Shown piece by piece: positions 18,342 through 26,105 of a stretch of DNA of 30,923 bases. The notes under the pieces were generated by a model, which was given only the letters and a program-made list of their open reading frames with translations, ran no database searches and was not told where the DNA came from. The DNA lies in contig BTVJ01000090.1 of the NCBI GenBank assembly GCA_045863395.1, positions 1-30,923 of the forward strand, read 5' to 3'. Position 1 is the first letter of the stretch, and each line of letters starts with the position of its first letter. A program made the translations under genes and the position numbers. Source of the stretch: Myxococcales bacterium (GTDB lineage Bacteria; Myxococcota_A; UBA9042; JABWCM01; BTVJ01).

Positions 18342-20525
18342 ATGCCCCCCATCGAGCGCGCAGGCTACGTTCTGGACTGGATCCCCGGGCGCGATCCCGC
18401 GGGCGCACCGGCCCTCGTCGTCATCGTCAAGCGCAGCTACTGCATCGACGACGTGGAGGCGCGCTGCAAGCCGGCGGACAAGCAGGCGCCGCCGCTCCTC
18501 GCAGACGAGCTGTTCGACGGGGACGACCCCATGGAGTCGAGCCTGCGCTTCGAGTCCGAGGTGGTCCCCTACAAGCGCGCCGTCGACGTGATCGTGCATG
18601 GGACGGGGTACGCTCCGGGGGGGCGCCCTGCTCGCACGTTCGACGTGGCGGCCCGGGTGGGGCGGGTCGAGCGTACGGTGCGCGTCGTGGGTCCTCGCAA
18701 GGCCGTGTGGCAGCCGCCGAAGGAGGAGAAGCGCGAGGGGCAGAAGGTCCTCGTGCCCCAGCCCCCCAAGTTCACCCACCCCGAGCCCATCGCCAAGGTG
18801 CCCCTGCGCTGGGAGTACGCCTACGGGGGCGTCTCCACCTACATTCCCCCCAACCTGGATGCCTACAAGGCCGTCATCGAGAAGCAGGCCAAGAAGGCCG
18901 AGGACGAGAAGACCGCCGAGGAGAAGGCCGCCGAAGAGAAGAAGGCCGCCGAGTACAAGGCGAAGAAGGACAAGGTCCTCGCGGACTTCCTGGGGGACCG
19001 GCCTCTGGAGCAGCGCTTTGCCGGGGCTGGCGAGCTCGTGGAGGGGGAGGAGCCCGCAGGTCTCATGACCGAGGGGGGCACGGTCATCCTGTCGTCCGAG
19101 GAGATCGCTCGCGCGGAGCAGGCGGAGCTGCGGCGGCGGGAGGCGCAGGAGGCGGAGCGGGCGGCCGCGGAGCCGAAGCGGGACGAGCTGGGGGTGATCC
19201 TCGCGGAGCAGGTCAAGGAGGAGGGGGACTACCAGGCGCCCCAGAGGATCCGTCCCGAGGAGGAGGAGGTCCGCGGCACCCAGGTCATCGAGCTCGCGAA
19301 GATGGGGGACGTGGTCGAGTCCGACGACGACTGGGTCGCGGATCAGCTCGCACGGAAGGAGGCGCTCGGGGTGGTCTCCGAGCGGCCGAAGCGCGTGCTG
19401 CCCGAGGATCTGCCCCGCATGTTCTGCCCGTACAACCCGGTCGGGCGAGGGTTTGCGCTGGGGAACCACCCGGAGACCATCGACGGCCTCGACCTGCCGC
19501 TCGTGGAGGACCCGGCGCGGCCGCTCACGCCGGAGCAGCTCGTGCGCGAGCCCCACGAGATCATGGATCCGGCGGGCCCGGCGGTCGCTGGGTTCGGGGT
19601 GGTCGGCAAGGGGTGGTATCCGCGGGCACAGTACGTCGGGGTGCCGCCCGACCAGCTCGACGCCGTGCAGGATCGCATGGACGAGTACGTGTGCGGTCTC
19701 GACCCCGATGACCCCGAGCAACGGAAGATGCTCGAGAACACGCTGGACTACGCGCCGCCCGTGTTCGACGACCGCTGGTACAACGGGGCCCCGCCGCTCC
19801 AGCAGGTACCGCACCTCTACGGGGACGAGGACGTGGTCCTCACCAACATGAGCCCCGGCGGGACGCTGTACTTCCGGCTGCCGGGGGACCTGCCGTGGGT
19901 CACCGTGGACCGGGGCAAGGGGGCCGAGGTCGTCCGGGTGCGGCTCGACACGGTGATCCTCCTGGCCGACGACCTGCAGGCGGTGCTAGTCTGGAGAGGT
20001 CACGTGCCCTACGGTGGGCCCGACGACCTGGTGGAGTATCCTCGGCTCGAGTTCGACATCGCCGACCGGTCCATCAAGGAGCAGCGCGAGATCGACTTCC
20101 ACGAGGCGGAGCAGGCTGCCTTCGCGAAGAAGGACGGGGTGACGCAGATCATCTCCGTCGAGGCGCTCGCGGCGGCGGAGGCCGAGGAGGTCGCCCGGCG
20201 CAAGGCGGAGGCGGAGGCCGCAGAGAAGGCGCGCGGCCCCAAGTACGTCTGGACCATCGAGGACGGCAAGGGCGCGCGCATCGAGAAGGAGACCGAGCCC
20301 GGAGACGTGCTCCACGCCGACGACGCCTGGATCGAGCAGGTCAAGCAGGCGGCGGACGCCAAGGCGGCCAATGCCGCGGTCGCGGCCCAGATGACCGAGC
20401 GCGAGGCGCGAAAGCTGAAGAAAGAGCAGCTCCGCAAGAAGCTCGAAGAGATCAAGCAGCGCGAGGCCGAGGAGGCCGCCGCAGCCGCGAAGAAGAAGAA
20501 GAAGCCCGTAGATCCGCCCCAGTGA
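18342..20525 (+). CDS. DUF2169-domain adaptor with a large internal insertion and a charged C-terminal extension
   Basis: LVVIVKRSY, PYKRAVDVIVHGTGYAPGG, PLRWEYAYGG, NPVGRGF, GFGVVGKGWYPRAQYVG, FDDRWYNGAPP, GDEDVVLTNM and LDTVILL...LVWRG. Confidence 0.85.
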   Translation: MPPIERAGYVLDWIPGRDPAGAPALVVIVKRSYCIDDVEARCKPADKQAPPLLADELFDGDDPMESSLRFESEVVPYKRAVDVIVHGTGYAPGGRPARTFDVAARVGRVERTVRVVGPRKAVWQPPKEEKREGQKVLVPQPPKFTHPEPIAKVPLRWEYAYGGVSTYIPPNLDAYKAVIEKQAKKAEDEKTAEEKAAEEKKAAEYKAKKDKVLADFLGDRPLEQRFAGAGELVEGEEPAGLMTEGGTVILSSEEIARAEQAELRRREAQEAERAAAEPKRDELGVILAEQVKEEGDYQAPQRIRPEEEEVRGTQVIELAKMGDVVESDDDWVADQLARKEALGVVSERPKRVLPEDLPRMFCPYNPVGRGFALGNHPETIDGLDLPLVEDPARPLTPEQLVREPHEIMDPAGPAVAGFGVVGKGWYPRAQYVGVPPDQLDAVQDRMDEYVCGLDPDDPEQRKMLENTLDYAPPVFDDRWYNGAPPLQQVPHLYGDEDVVLTNMSPGGTLYFRLPGDLPWVTVDRGKGAEVVRVRLDTVILLADDLQAVLVWRGHVPYGGPDDLVEYPRLEFDIADRSIKEQREIDFHEAEQAAFAKKDGVTQIISVEALAAAEAEEVARRKAEAEAAEKARGPKYVWTIEDGKGARIEKETEPGDVLHADDAWIEQVKQAADAKAANAAVAAQMTEREARKLKKEQLRKKLEEIKQREAEEAAAAAKKKKKPVDPPQ

Positions 20526-20551
20526 CCCGAACGACCTGAACGGAGGAAGCC

Positions 20552-21400
20552 ATGCCCGCACCGCAAGCCATGATGGTCAAGGAGATGGCCAAGAACAACT
20601 TCCGGTCCAAGGGCATCAAGCTCGGCCACCAGTGGTCGCAGCCCACGGGGGAGGCTGGGAAGCAGTACGTGGACGCCTTCGAGCAGGGGGAGCACAACGT
20701 GCCGCCCGATCCCATGGCGCTGTTCACGCCGGCGACGCCGAACAAGTACCATGTGGATCAGACCAAGACCATCGGCAAGCAGTTCGCGGACTTCATCGAC
20801 GGGGTCAGCGACGCCATCTGCGGTGCGTGGCAGCAGTTCATGAGCGCGTCGACCATCGTGGGCGTGATGGTGAACGGGCCGGTGGGGGTCATCCTGCCGG
20901 GCTCCTTTCAGGGACCTCCCATCTTCCCGCTGGCCTTTGCCCAGGCACCGAAGAACACGCCCAGCCTCATGAAGTACTCGAAGGCCGTGTGTCAGGCGGT
21001 CGGCACGTCCTTCCAGGCGTGGCACATGGGCTTCATGGGGAAGGTGCAGTGTGTCCCGACCTTCGCGGTCATGGCGGGGCCCATCCACCCGCCCACGCCC
21101 AACATCCCCATGACCATCGACATGGTGGGCAAGTCGCCGGCCGAGGCGATGATGAAGAAGGACGCCCTGAAGGGGCTCATGATCCTGAACCTGGGGGACC
21201 CGACGGCGCTGCATCACATGGAGCTGTTCGACTCCATCGCCGACGCCATCGACCAGGCCTTCACCCAGTTCAAGGCCTCGACCATGGTCAACAACATCAT
21301 GAGCTTCGGGCCCATCCCGACCTTCGCGCCGCCGTTCGTGCCCGTGGGGCCGGTGGTCATGGGCGTCGGCAACGGGATCCCTGGGTCCATGCTCGCTTGA
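20552..21400 (+). CDS. Pro/Met-rich hypothetical protein associated with the injection-system module
   Basis: Clean ORF with a GGAGG SD, co-oriented and closely spaced after DUF2169; three internal helix-strand repeats. Confidence 0.8.
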   Translation: MPAPQAMMVKEMAKNNFRSKGIKLGHQWSQPTGEAGKQYVDAFEQGEHNVPPDPMALFTPATPNKYHVDQTKTIGKQFADFIDGVSDAICGAWQQFMSASTIVGVMVNGPVGVILPGSFQGPPIFPLAFAQAPKNTPSLMKYSKAVCQAVGTSFQAWHMGFMGKVQCVPTFAVMAGPIHPPTPNIPMTIDMVGKSPAEAMMKKDALKGLMILNLGDPTALHHMELFDSIADAIDQAFTQFKASTMVNNIMSFGPIPTFAPPFVPVGPVVMGVGNGIPGSMLA

Positions 21401-21446
21401 GCGCCTGGTTGGGGAGGCGCTCATCCCACACAGCGGAGGTGTGCCA

Positions 21447-22448
21447 GTGGCACGAACCTGGAAGAAGGTTGCCGTCGCCGGTGTGACCGGCGCCGTCGGC
21501 ACCGAGATGCTCAAGGTGCTGGAGCGGCGGGAGTTCCCCGTCGACGAGGTCGTGCCGCTGGCGTCGGCTGGCTCCGTTGGGAAGGTCGTGCGCTTTCGCG
21601 GCCGGGACCTCGTCGTCCAGGAGCTGACCGCCGCGTCCTTCGAAGGGGTGGACATCGCCCTGTTCAGCGCTGGCGGTGCGCGGAGCAAGGAGTTCGCGCC
21701 GGCTGCCGTCGGGGCCGGTGCGGTGGTCATCGACAACTCCTCGGCGTTTCGTATGGACCCGGGTGTGCCCCTGGTCGTGCCGGAGATCAACGCGGGTGAG
21801 ATCGCGCGGCACCGGGGAGTGATCGCCAACCCCAACTGCGCGGCGATCATCCTGACCATGGCGGTGGCGCCCCTGCGGCAGGTGGGGCGGCTCGTGCGGC
21901 TCGTGGTGTCCACCTACCAGTCGACGAGCGGCGCCGGCGCCCGGGCCATGCAGGAGCTCATCGACCAGACCCGGGGCTACCTGGGGGGCGAGGAGCCCGC
22001 GCCCGCCGTGTTCCAGTGGCCCATCGCGTTCAACCTGTTCTCCCACAACACCCGGGTCTACGAGAACGGGTACAACGACGAGGAGAACAAGGTCATCAAC
22101 GAGACGCGCAAGATCCTCGACGACCAGGCGCTGCGGGTCACCGCCACGTGCATCCGGGTGCCCACGCTGCGGGCGCACGCCGAGAGCATCAACGTGGAGC
22201 TGGATCGCGAGGTGGACCTCGAGGCCGTGCGGGCGGCGGTTGAGGGGTTCCCGGGCGTGCGTCTCGTCGATGATCGTGGCGGCAACCACTTCCCCATGCC
22301 CCGGGAGGCGGCGGACCGGGACGAGGTGCTCGTCGGCCGCATCCGCCGCGACCCGTCTCATGACCACGCCATCGAGCTCTTCGTCGCGGGCGACCAGCTC
22401 CTCAAGGGGGCTGCGCTCAACGCCGTTCAGATCGCCGAGCTGCTCTAG
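21447..22448 (+). CDS. asd: Aspartate-semialdehyde dehydrogenase
   Basis: VAGVTGAVG, VIDNSSAFRMDPGVPLVVPEIN, ANPNC, STYQSTSGAG, ATCIRVPTLRAH and GDQLLKGAALNAVQIAE; GGAGG SD 7 nt before the GTG at 21447. Confidence 0.96.
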   Translation: MARTWKKVAVAGVTGAVGTEMLKVLERREFPVDEVVPLASAGSVGKVVRFRGRDLVVQELTAASFEGVDIALFSAGGARSKEFAPAAVGAGAVVIDNSSAFRMDPGVPLVVPEINAGEIARHRGVIANPNCAAIILTMAVAPLRQVGRLVRLVVSTYQSTSGAGARAMQELIDQTRGYLGGEEPAPAVFQWPIAFNLFSHNTRVYENGYNDEENKVINETRKILDDQALRVTATCIRVPTLRAHAESINVELDREVDLEAVRAAVEGFPGVRLVDDRGGNHFPMPREAADRDEVLVGRIRRDPSHDHAIELFVAGDQLLKGAALNAVQIAELL

Positions 22449-22453
22449 CGGGA

Positions 22454-22765
22454 CTACCACTCCTCGTACTCGGGCCTTTCTGGCGTTCTCAGACGGTTCT
22501 GTGTCTCCTCGACCTGTCTGCGCAGCCTTCGTGTGATCGCATCATCAACGGTGTCGCCGCACACCGCCTGGCCCTCTCGCAGCGCGCCCGCGGGTGTGGC
22601 CATGCAGTGGTCCTCGTCGCAGAGGATCGCCAGCGGGGCCTCGGGGGGGCCCTCCACGCGGTCGACCACGAGGCACGGAGGGGCGAGGCAACGCTGCGGC
22701 GGACGGCACGCGGCGAGAGCCAGGACGCTCAGAAGGAGCGGGAGGGCGCGGGTGGCTCGCCTCAT
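22454..22765 (-). CDS. Small lipoprotein, DUF3006-like
   Basis: Lipobox LALAA-C; VVDRVEG...LAIL...ALREG...DDAITRRLRRQVEE resembles the DUF3006 pattern. Confidence 0.6.
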   Translation of the reverse strand: MRRATRALPLLLSVLALAACRPPQRCLAPPCLVVDRVEGPPEAPLAILCDEDHCMATPAGALREGQAVCGDTVDDAITRRLRRQVEETQNRLRTPERPEYEEW

Positions 22766-22769
22766 GGCG

Positions 22770-23441
22770 TCACCCCACCACGAGGCCGCGGGTGCGCAGG
22801 CTGACGTAGCCACCGCGGGCGATGATCACGTGGTCGACCAGGCGGACGCCCAGCGTCTCGCCGGCCCGCTCGAGCCGCTGGGTGAAGCGCGCGTCCTCCG
22901 GGCTCGGCTCGGCGTCGCCGCTCGGGTGGTTGTGGACCACCGCCACCCGGGTGGCGCCGGCCCGGAGCACGGGGATGAAGACCTCCCGCGGCGTGAGCTG
23001 GCAGCCCGCGCCGTGCCCGCGGCCCACCTCGAAGTGGGCGAGGACCTGGTCGCGCGAGCTGAGGGCTACGGCGATGACCGTCTCGACATCTTCGTGGACC
23101 AGCTCCCGGAAGCGGGTGAACAGCGCGTCGGGCGCCGCCGAGCGGGTCGGGGCGGGCGCCTCGTGCGCCATGCGGCGGCCGAGCTCCAGGCCGGCGCTCA
23201 GGCGGCAGGCGCGGGCGAGCCCCAGGTCAGGGAGGGTCGCGAGATCGCGCGGGCCCGAGCGGTAGAGCTCGGTCAGGGTGGGGTAGCGGCGCAGGACCTG
23301 GCGCGCGACGGCGGTCGCCTCGCTCGCGGTGGACAGCGGCGACAGCAGCACGGCGCAGAGCTCGTCGTCGCCCAGGTCTCGGGGGCCGAGGGCGAGCAGG
23401 CGGTCGGAGGGGCGGCGGGCGAGGGGCATCACGGCGTTCAT
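22770..23441 (-). CDS. radC: RadC / JAB-domain protein
   Basis: PSDRLLALG...LGDDELCAVLL, helix-hairpin-helix LPDLGLARA, PREVF and JAB motif HNHPSGDAEPSPED...LVDHVII; AAGGAGG SD. Confidence 0.92.
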   Translation of the reverse strand: MNAVMPLARRPSDRLLALGPRDLGDDELCAVLLSPLSTASEATAVARQVLRRYPTLTELYRSGPRDLATLPDLGLARACRLSAGLELGRRMAHEAPAPTRSAAPDALFTRFRELVHEDVETVIAVALSSRDQVLAHFEVGRGHGAGCQLTPREVFIPVLRAGATRVAVVHNHPSGDAEPSPEDARFTQRLERAGETLGVRLVDHVIIARGGYVSLRTRGLVVG

Positions 23442-23477
23442 GGGGGCCTCCTTGGCGGTCATGGTGAGGCCGACCGT

Positions 23478-23493
23478 TGCAGGCGCGGTGCCA
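23478..23493 (-). promoter_or_regulatory. sigma54 promoter upstream of radC
   Basis: Minus strand reads TGGCACCGCGCCTGCA, matching TGGCAC-N5-(T)TGCA with GG-N10-GC spacing; ends 36 nt before the ATG. Confidence 0.7.
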
Positions 23494-23523
23494 GGGGCGA
23501 TGCCGTCGTAATGGGTCGTACTG

Positions 23524-23553
23524 AAAGGGGAACGCGCGGCGCGATGCCGCGCG
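23524..23553 (-). terminator. Putative terminator for the FmdB-containing operon
   Basis: 8-bp stem CGCGCGGC / GCCGCGCG (23533-23553), followed on the minus strand by TTCCCCTTT. Confidence 0.45.
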
Positions 23554-23619
23554 GTGGTCTCAGCGCGGGACGGTGCGGGACGTCAGGGCGGGACCGCTGG
23601 GACGGTCGGGAGGGCTGGG

Positions 23620-23841
23620 TCAGTTCATGCCGCAGGAGCCCGGCCCGCGGGGGTCGCCGCAGCTCCGGCACGCCTCGGGGAGGGACGCGGCGCTCGACGT
23701 GGAGGCGCCCACCGCGAAGACGGAGAGCTGCTTCTCCAGCTCTGCGCCGTGGCAGGTGGGGCACTCCGGCGTGGTGGAGCCGGAGACGATGGCCTCGAAG
23801 AAGGCGCCGCAGGTCTTGCAGCGGTACTCGAAGATGGGCAT
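23620..23841 (-). CDS. FmdB-family zinc-ribbon protein
   Basis: MPIFEYRCKTCGAFFE...CPTCHGAELEKQLSVF, with a C-terminal CxxC. Confidence 0.9.
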   Translation of the reverse strand: MPIFEYRCKTCGAFFEAIVSGSTTPECPTCHGAELEKQLSVFAVGASTSSAASLPEACRSCGDPRGPGSCGMN

Positions 23842-23850
23842 GGCCGGCTC

Positions 23851-24360
23851 CTACTGACCGCCGAAGCCGCTGCCGCCGCTCGGTGCGGCGGGCGTCGGGG
23901 CGGGCGCCACGGCTGGGGCGGGTGCCGGGGCCGTCCCACCCAACTTGCCGCCGACGGCCGGGGCCGCCGGGGTGGGCGGTGGGGCGGTGCCGCCGAGCTT
24001 GGAGCCCGCCGCGGGCTGAGCGGCCGCGGGCTGACCGGCGGGGGCGCCGGCCGCGGGCTCCGCAGGCTTCAGCTCCTTCTCGTACTTCTCCATGCGGCTG
24101 ACCACCGCGCCGATGGCCGAGATGGCCTCCTCGCCCGCCTTGGCCTCGGCGGCCTTGTACTCCGCCTCGAACTCGACGACCTTCTTCTGGATGTCGAGCT
24201 TCATGGCCGGGTTCTTGGTCGCGTAGGCCTCGATGCGGTCCTTGGTCTCCGTGTAGCGCTTCTTCTGGCCCTCGATGGTCGGCTTGCCGCAGCCCGCCAT
24301 CACGAGGGCCACGAGGATCGAGACGATCGCCGCCAGAATGCCCCGTCGTGTGAGTCTCAT
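23851..24360 (-). CDS. Hypothetical helical lipoprotein with a Pro/Ala-rich tail
   Basis: AAGGAG SD; signal peptide MRLTRRGILAAIVSILVALVMAG-C; coiled helical body. Confidence 0.8.
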   Translation of the reverse strand: MRLTRRGILAAIVSILVALVMAGCGKPTIEGQKKRYTETKDRIEAYATKNPAMKLDIQKKVVEFEAEYKAAEAKAGEEAISAIGAVVSRMEKYEKELKPAEPAAGAPAGQPAAAQPAAGSKLGGTAPPPTPAAPAVGGKLGGTAPAPAPAVAPAPTPAAPSGGSGFGGQ

Positions 24361-24377
24361 GGGTACGCTCCTTGTTG

Positions 24378-24779
24378 TTACAGGGTGTCCGCGTGGGCGC
24401 CGTAGGTGCCCTTCTCGATGTCGTCGGCGGCGCGGGCGACCCAGTAGATCGCCTTGCCGACGTGGGTGATCTCTGCCGAGTTGTCGTGGATGGCGTGCAG
24501 CACGATGACGTCGTTGCCGCGCACCGCCACGCGCCCGTAGGTCAGGTTCGCGTTGAGGCGGAGGAGGGCCAGCGGGTCGCGCATGGCGTTGTGATCGCCG
24601 GCACGGGACCAGATGAACGCCGCCGGGTCCCCGTCGCCGTCCTTTGCCATGGTGACCGTGACGAGCTGGGTGCGGCCCGGCACCGTCGGGACCTCGATGC
24701 GGATCTCTCCGTTGGGCTCCTGCTGCGCCGGCCAGCCGCGCATCATCGCGGCGTGGGAGGCCAGGTTGATCACGTTCAT
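24378..24779 (-). CDS. YbjN / T3SS-chaperone-fold small protein
   Basis: GRTQLVTV...FIWSRAG...LLRLNANLTYGRVAV...VARAADDIEK pattern; GGAGGAG SD. Confidence 0.7.
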   Translation of the reverse strand: MNVINLASHAAMMRGWPAQQEPNGEIRIEVPTVPGRTQLVTVTMAKDGDGDPAAFIWSRAGDHNAMRDPLALLRLNANLTYGRVAVRGNDVIVLHAIHDNSAEITHVGKAIYWVARAADDIEKGTYGAHADTL

Positions 24780-24920
24780 TGCGCTCCTCCATCCGTTGGG
24801 GTCGGTCGCGCGCCATCCTGGCCCAAGTCGCGCCGGATCTCAAGAGGGTGGACGCAGCGGGGGCTTCAGGTTCGCCCGTGTGGTGACCGTTGTGCCTGTC
24901 CCAGACCGGTGAGGCGCTTC

Positions 24921-26039
24921 ATGCAGATCCAGGGCTCGACCATCGTTGCCAAGGCCACCCACGAGCAGACCAACGTGTACGTTCGACAGGAGCGCCTGCT
25001 CATGTGGCGTGGGGAGCGGCCTGACGTGGGGGCGCCCGCGGGCCCGGCCCTGCCGCCAGGGGGCACCGCCCCGGCGTCGACTGCCACGCGGGGTCCGTCC
25101 CCGGGCGTGGTCGTCAACGTGTCCGACGAGGCCCTGCGGCGCGCAGAGCAGGTGGCGCCCAAGCGGTGCTCCTGCGAGCTCGACGACGAGCTGGACGTGA
25201 CCGAGGACTTCAAGGCCCGCCTGCTCGCGAAGGTGCTCGAGGCGCTGACCGGCCAGCGGTTCGACGTGGTCTCGCCGGGCGAGGTCATCCGCGAGGCGGA
25301 GCAGGCGAGCGCCGACGCAGCCGAGCGCGCCGCCACCGTGAGCCAGCCCGCCGAGGGGCGTCCCGAGCGCGCCGGCTGGGGCCTGGAGTACGACCTCTAC
25401 GAGGCGCGCTCCGAGTCGGAGCGGACCACCTTCGAGGCGTGCGGCGTCGTCAAGACCGCCGACGGCAAGGAGATCACCGTCAAGGTCGCGTTGAGTATGA
25501 GCCGCGAGCTCATGGAGGAGAAGCGCATCAGCGTGCGCGCCGGCGACGCCCGCAAGGTCGACCCCCTCGTGATCAACTTCGACGGCAACGCGGCCCAGCT
25601 CACCCAGACCAAGTTCGAGTTCGACCTGGACGCCGACGGGCGCACGGAGCAGGTGTCCTTCGTGAAGGCCGGGAGCGGCTTCCTCGCCCTGGACAAGAAC
25701 GGCAACGGCACCGTCGACGACGGGACCGAGCTGTTCGGCCCCACCACTGGCAACGGCTTCACGGAGCTGGCCGCCTACGACCAGGACGGCAACCAGTGGA
25801 TCGACGAGGCGGACGACGTCTACGACCGCCTGCGCATCTGGACCAAGGACGACGCCGGCAACGACACGCTGGTCGGGCTCGGGCAGCGGGGCATCGGCGC
25901 CATCTGGCTCGGCTCCGTCAAGACGCCGTTCTCGCTGAAGGCCGGCGCCGAGCTGCTCGGCGAGGTCGCCTCGACGGGCCTCTACCTGACCGAGAGCGGG
26001 CAGGCGGGCACCGTGCAGCAGGTGGATCTCGTCGCCTGA
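24921..26039 (+). CDS. Hypothetical protein with a C-terminal Ca2+-binding module resembling the FrpC self-processing module
   Basis: DPLVINFDG...FDLDADG...GFLALDKNGNGTVDDGTELFG...NGFTELAAYDQDGNQWIDEADDVYDRLRIW; GAGG SD. Confidence 0.8.
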   Translation: MQIQGSTIVAKATHEQTNVYVRQERLLMWRGERPDVGAPAGPALPPGGTAPASTATRGPSPGVVVNVSDEALRRAEQVAPKRCSCELDDELDVTEDFKARLLAKVLEALTGQRFDVVSPGEVIREAEQASADAAERAATVSQPAEGRPERAGWGLEYDLYEARSESERTTFEACGVVKTADGKEITVKVALSMSRELMEEKRISVRAGDARKVDPLVINFDGNAAQLTQTKFEFDLDADGRTEQVSFVKAGSGFLALDKNGNGTVDDGTELFGPTTGNGFTELAAYDQDGNQWIDEADDVYDRLRIWTKDDAGNDTLVGLGQRGIGAIWLGSVKTPFSLKAGAELLGEVASTGLYLTESGQAGTVQQVDLVA

Positions 26040-26105
26040 GCCGGTCCCGAGGGGCCCCCCCGAAGGCCGCTCCGGTCGGACGGCGCAGCGGTCCGTCAGC
26101 CCACG

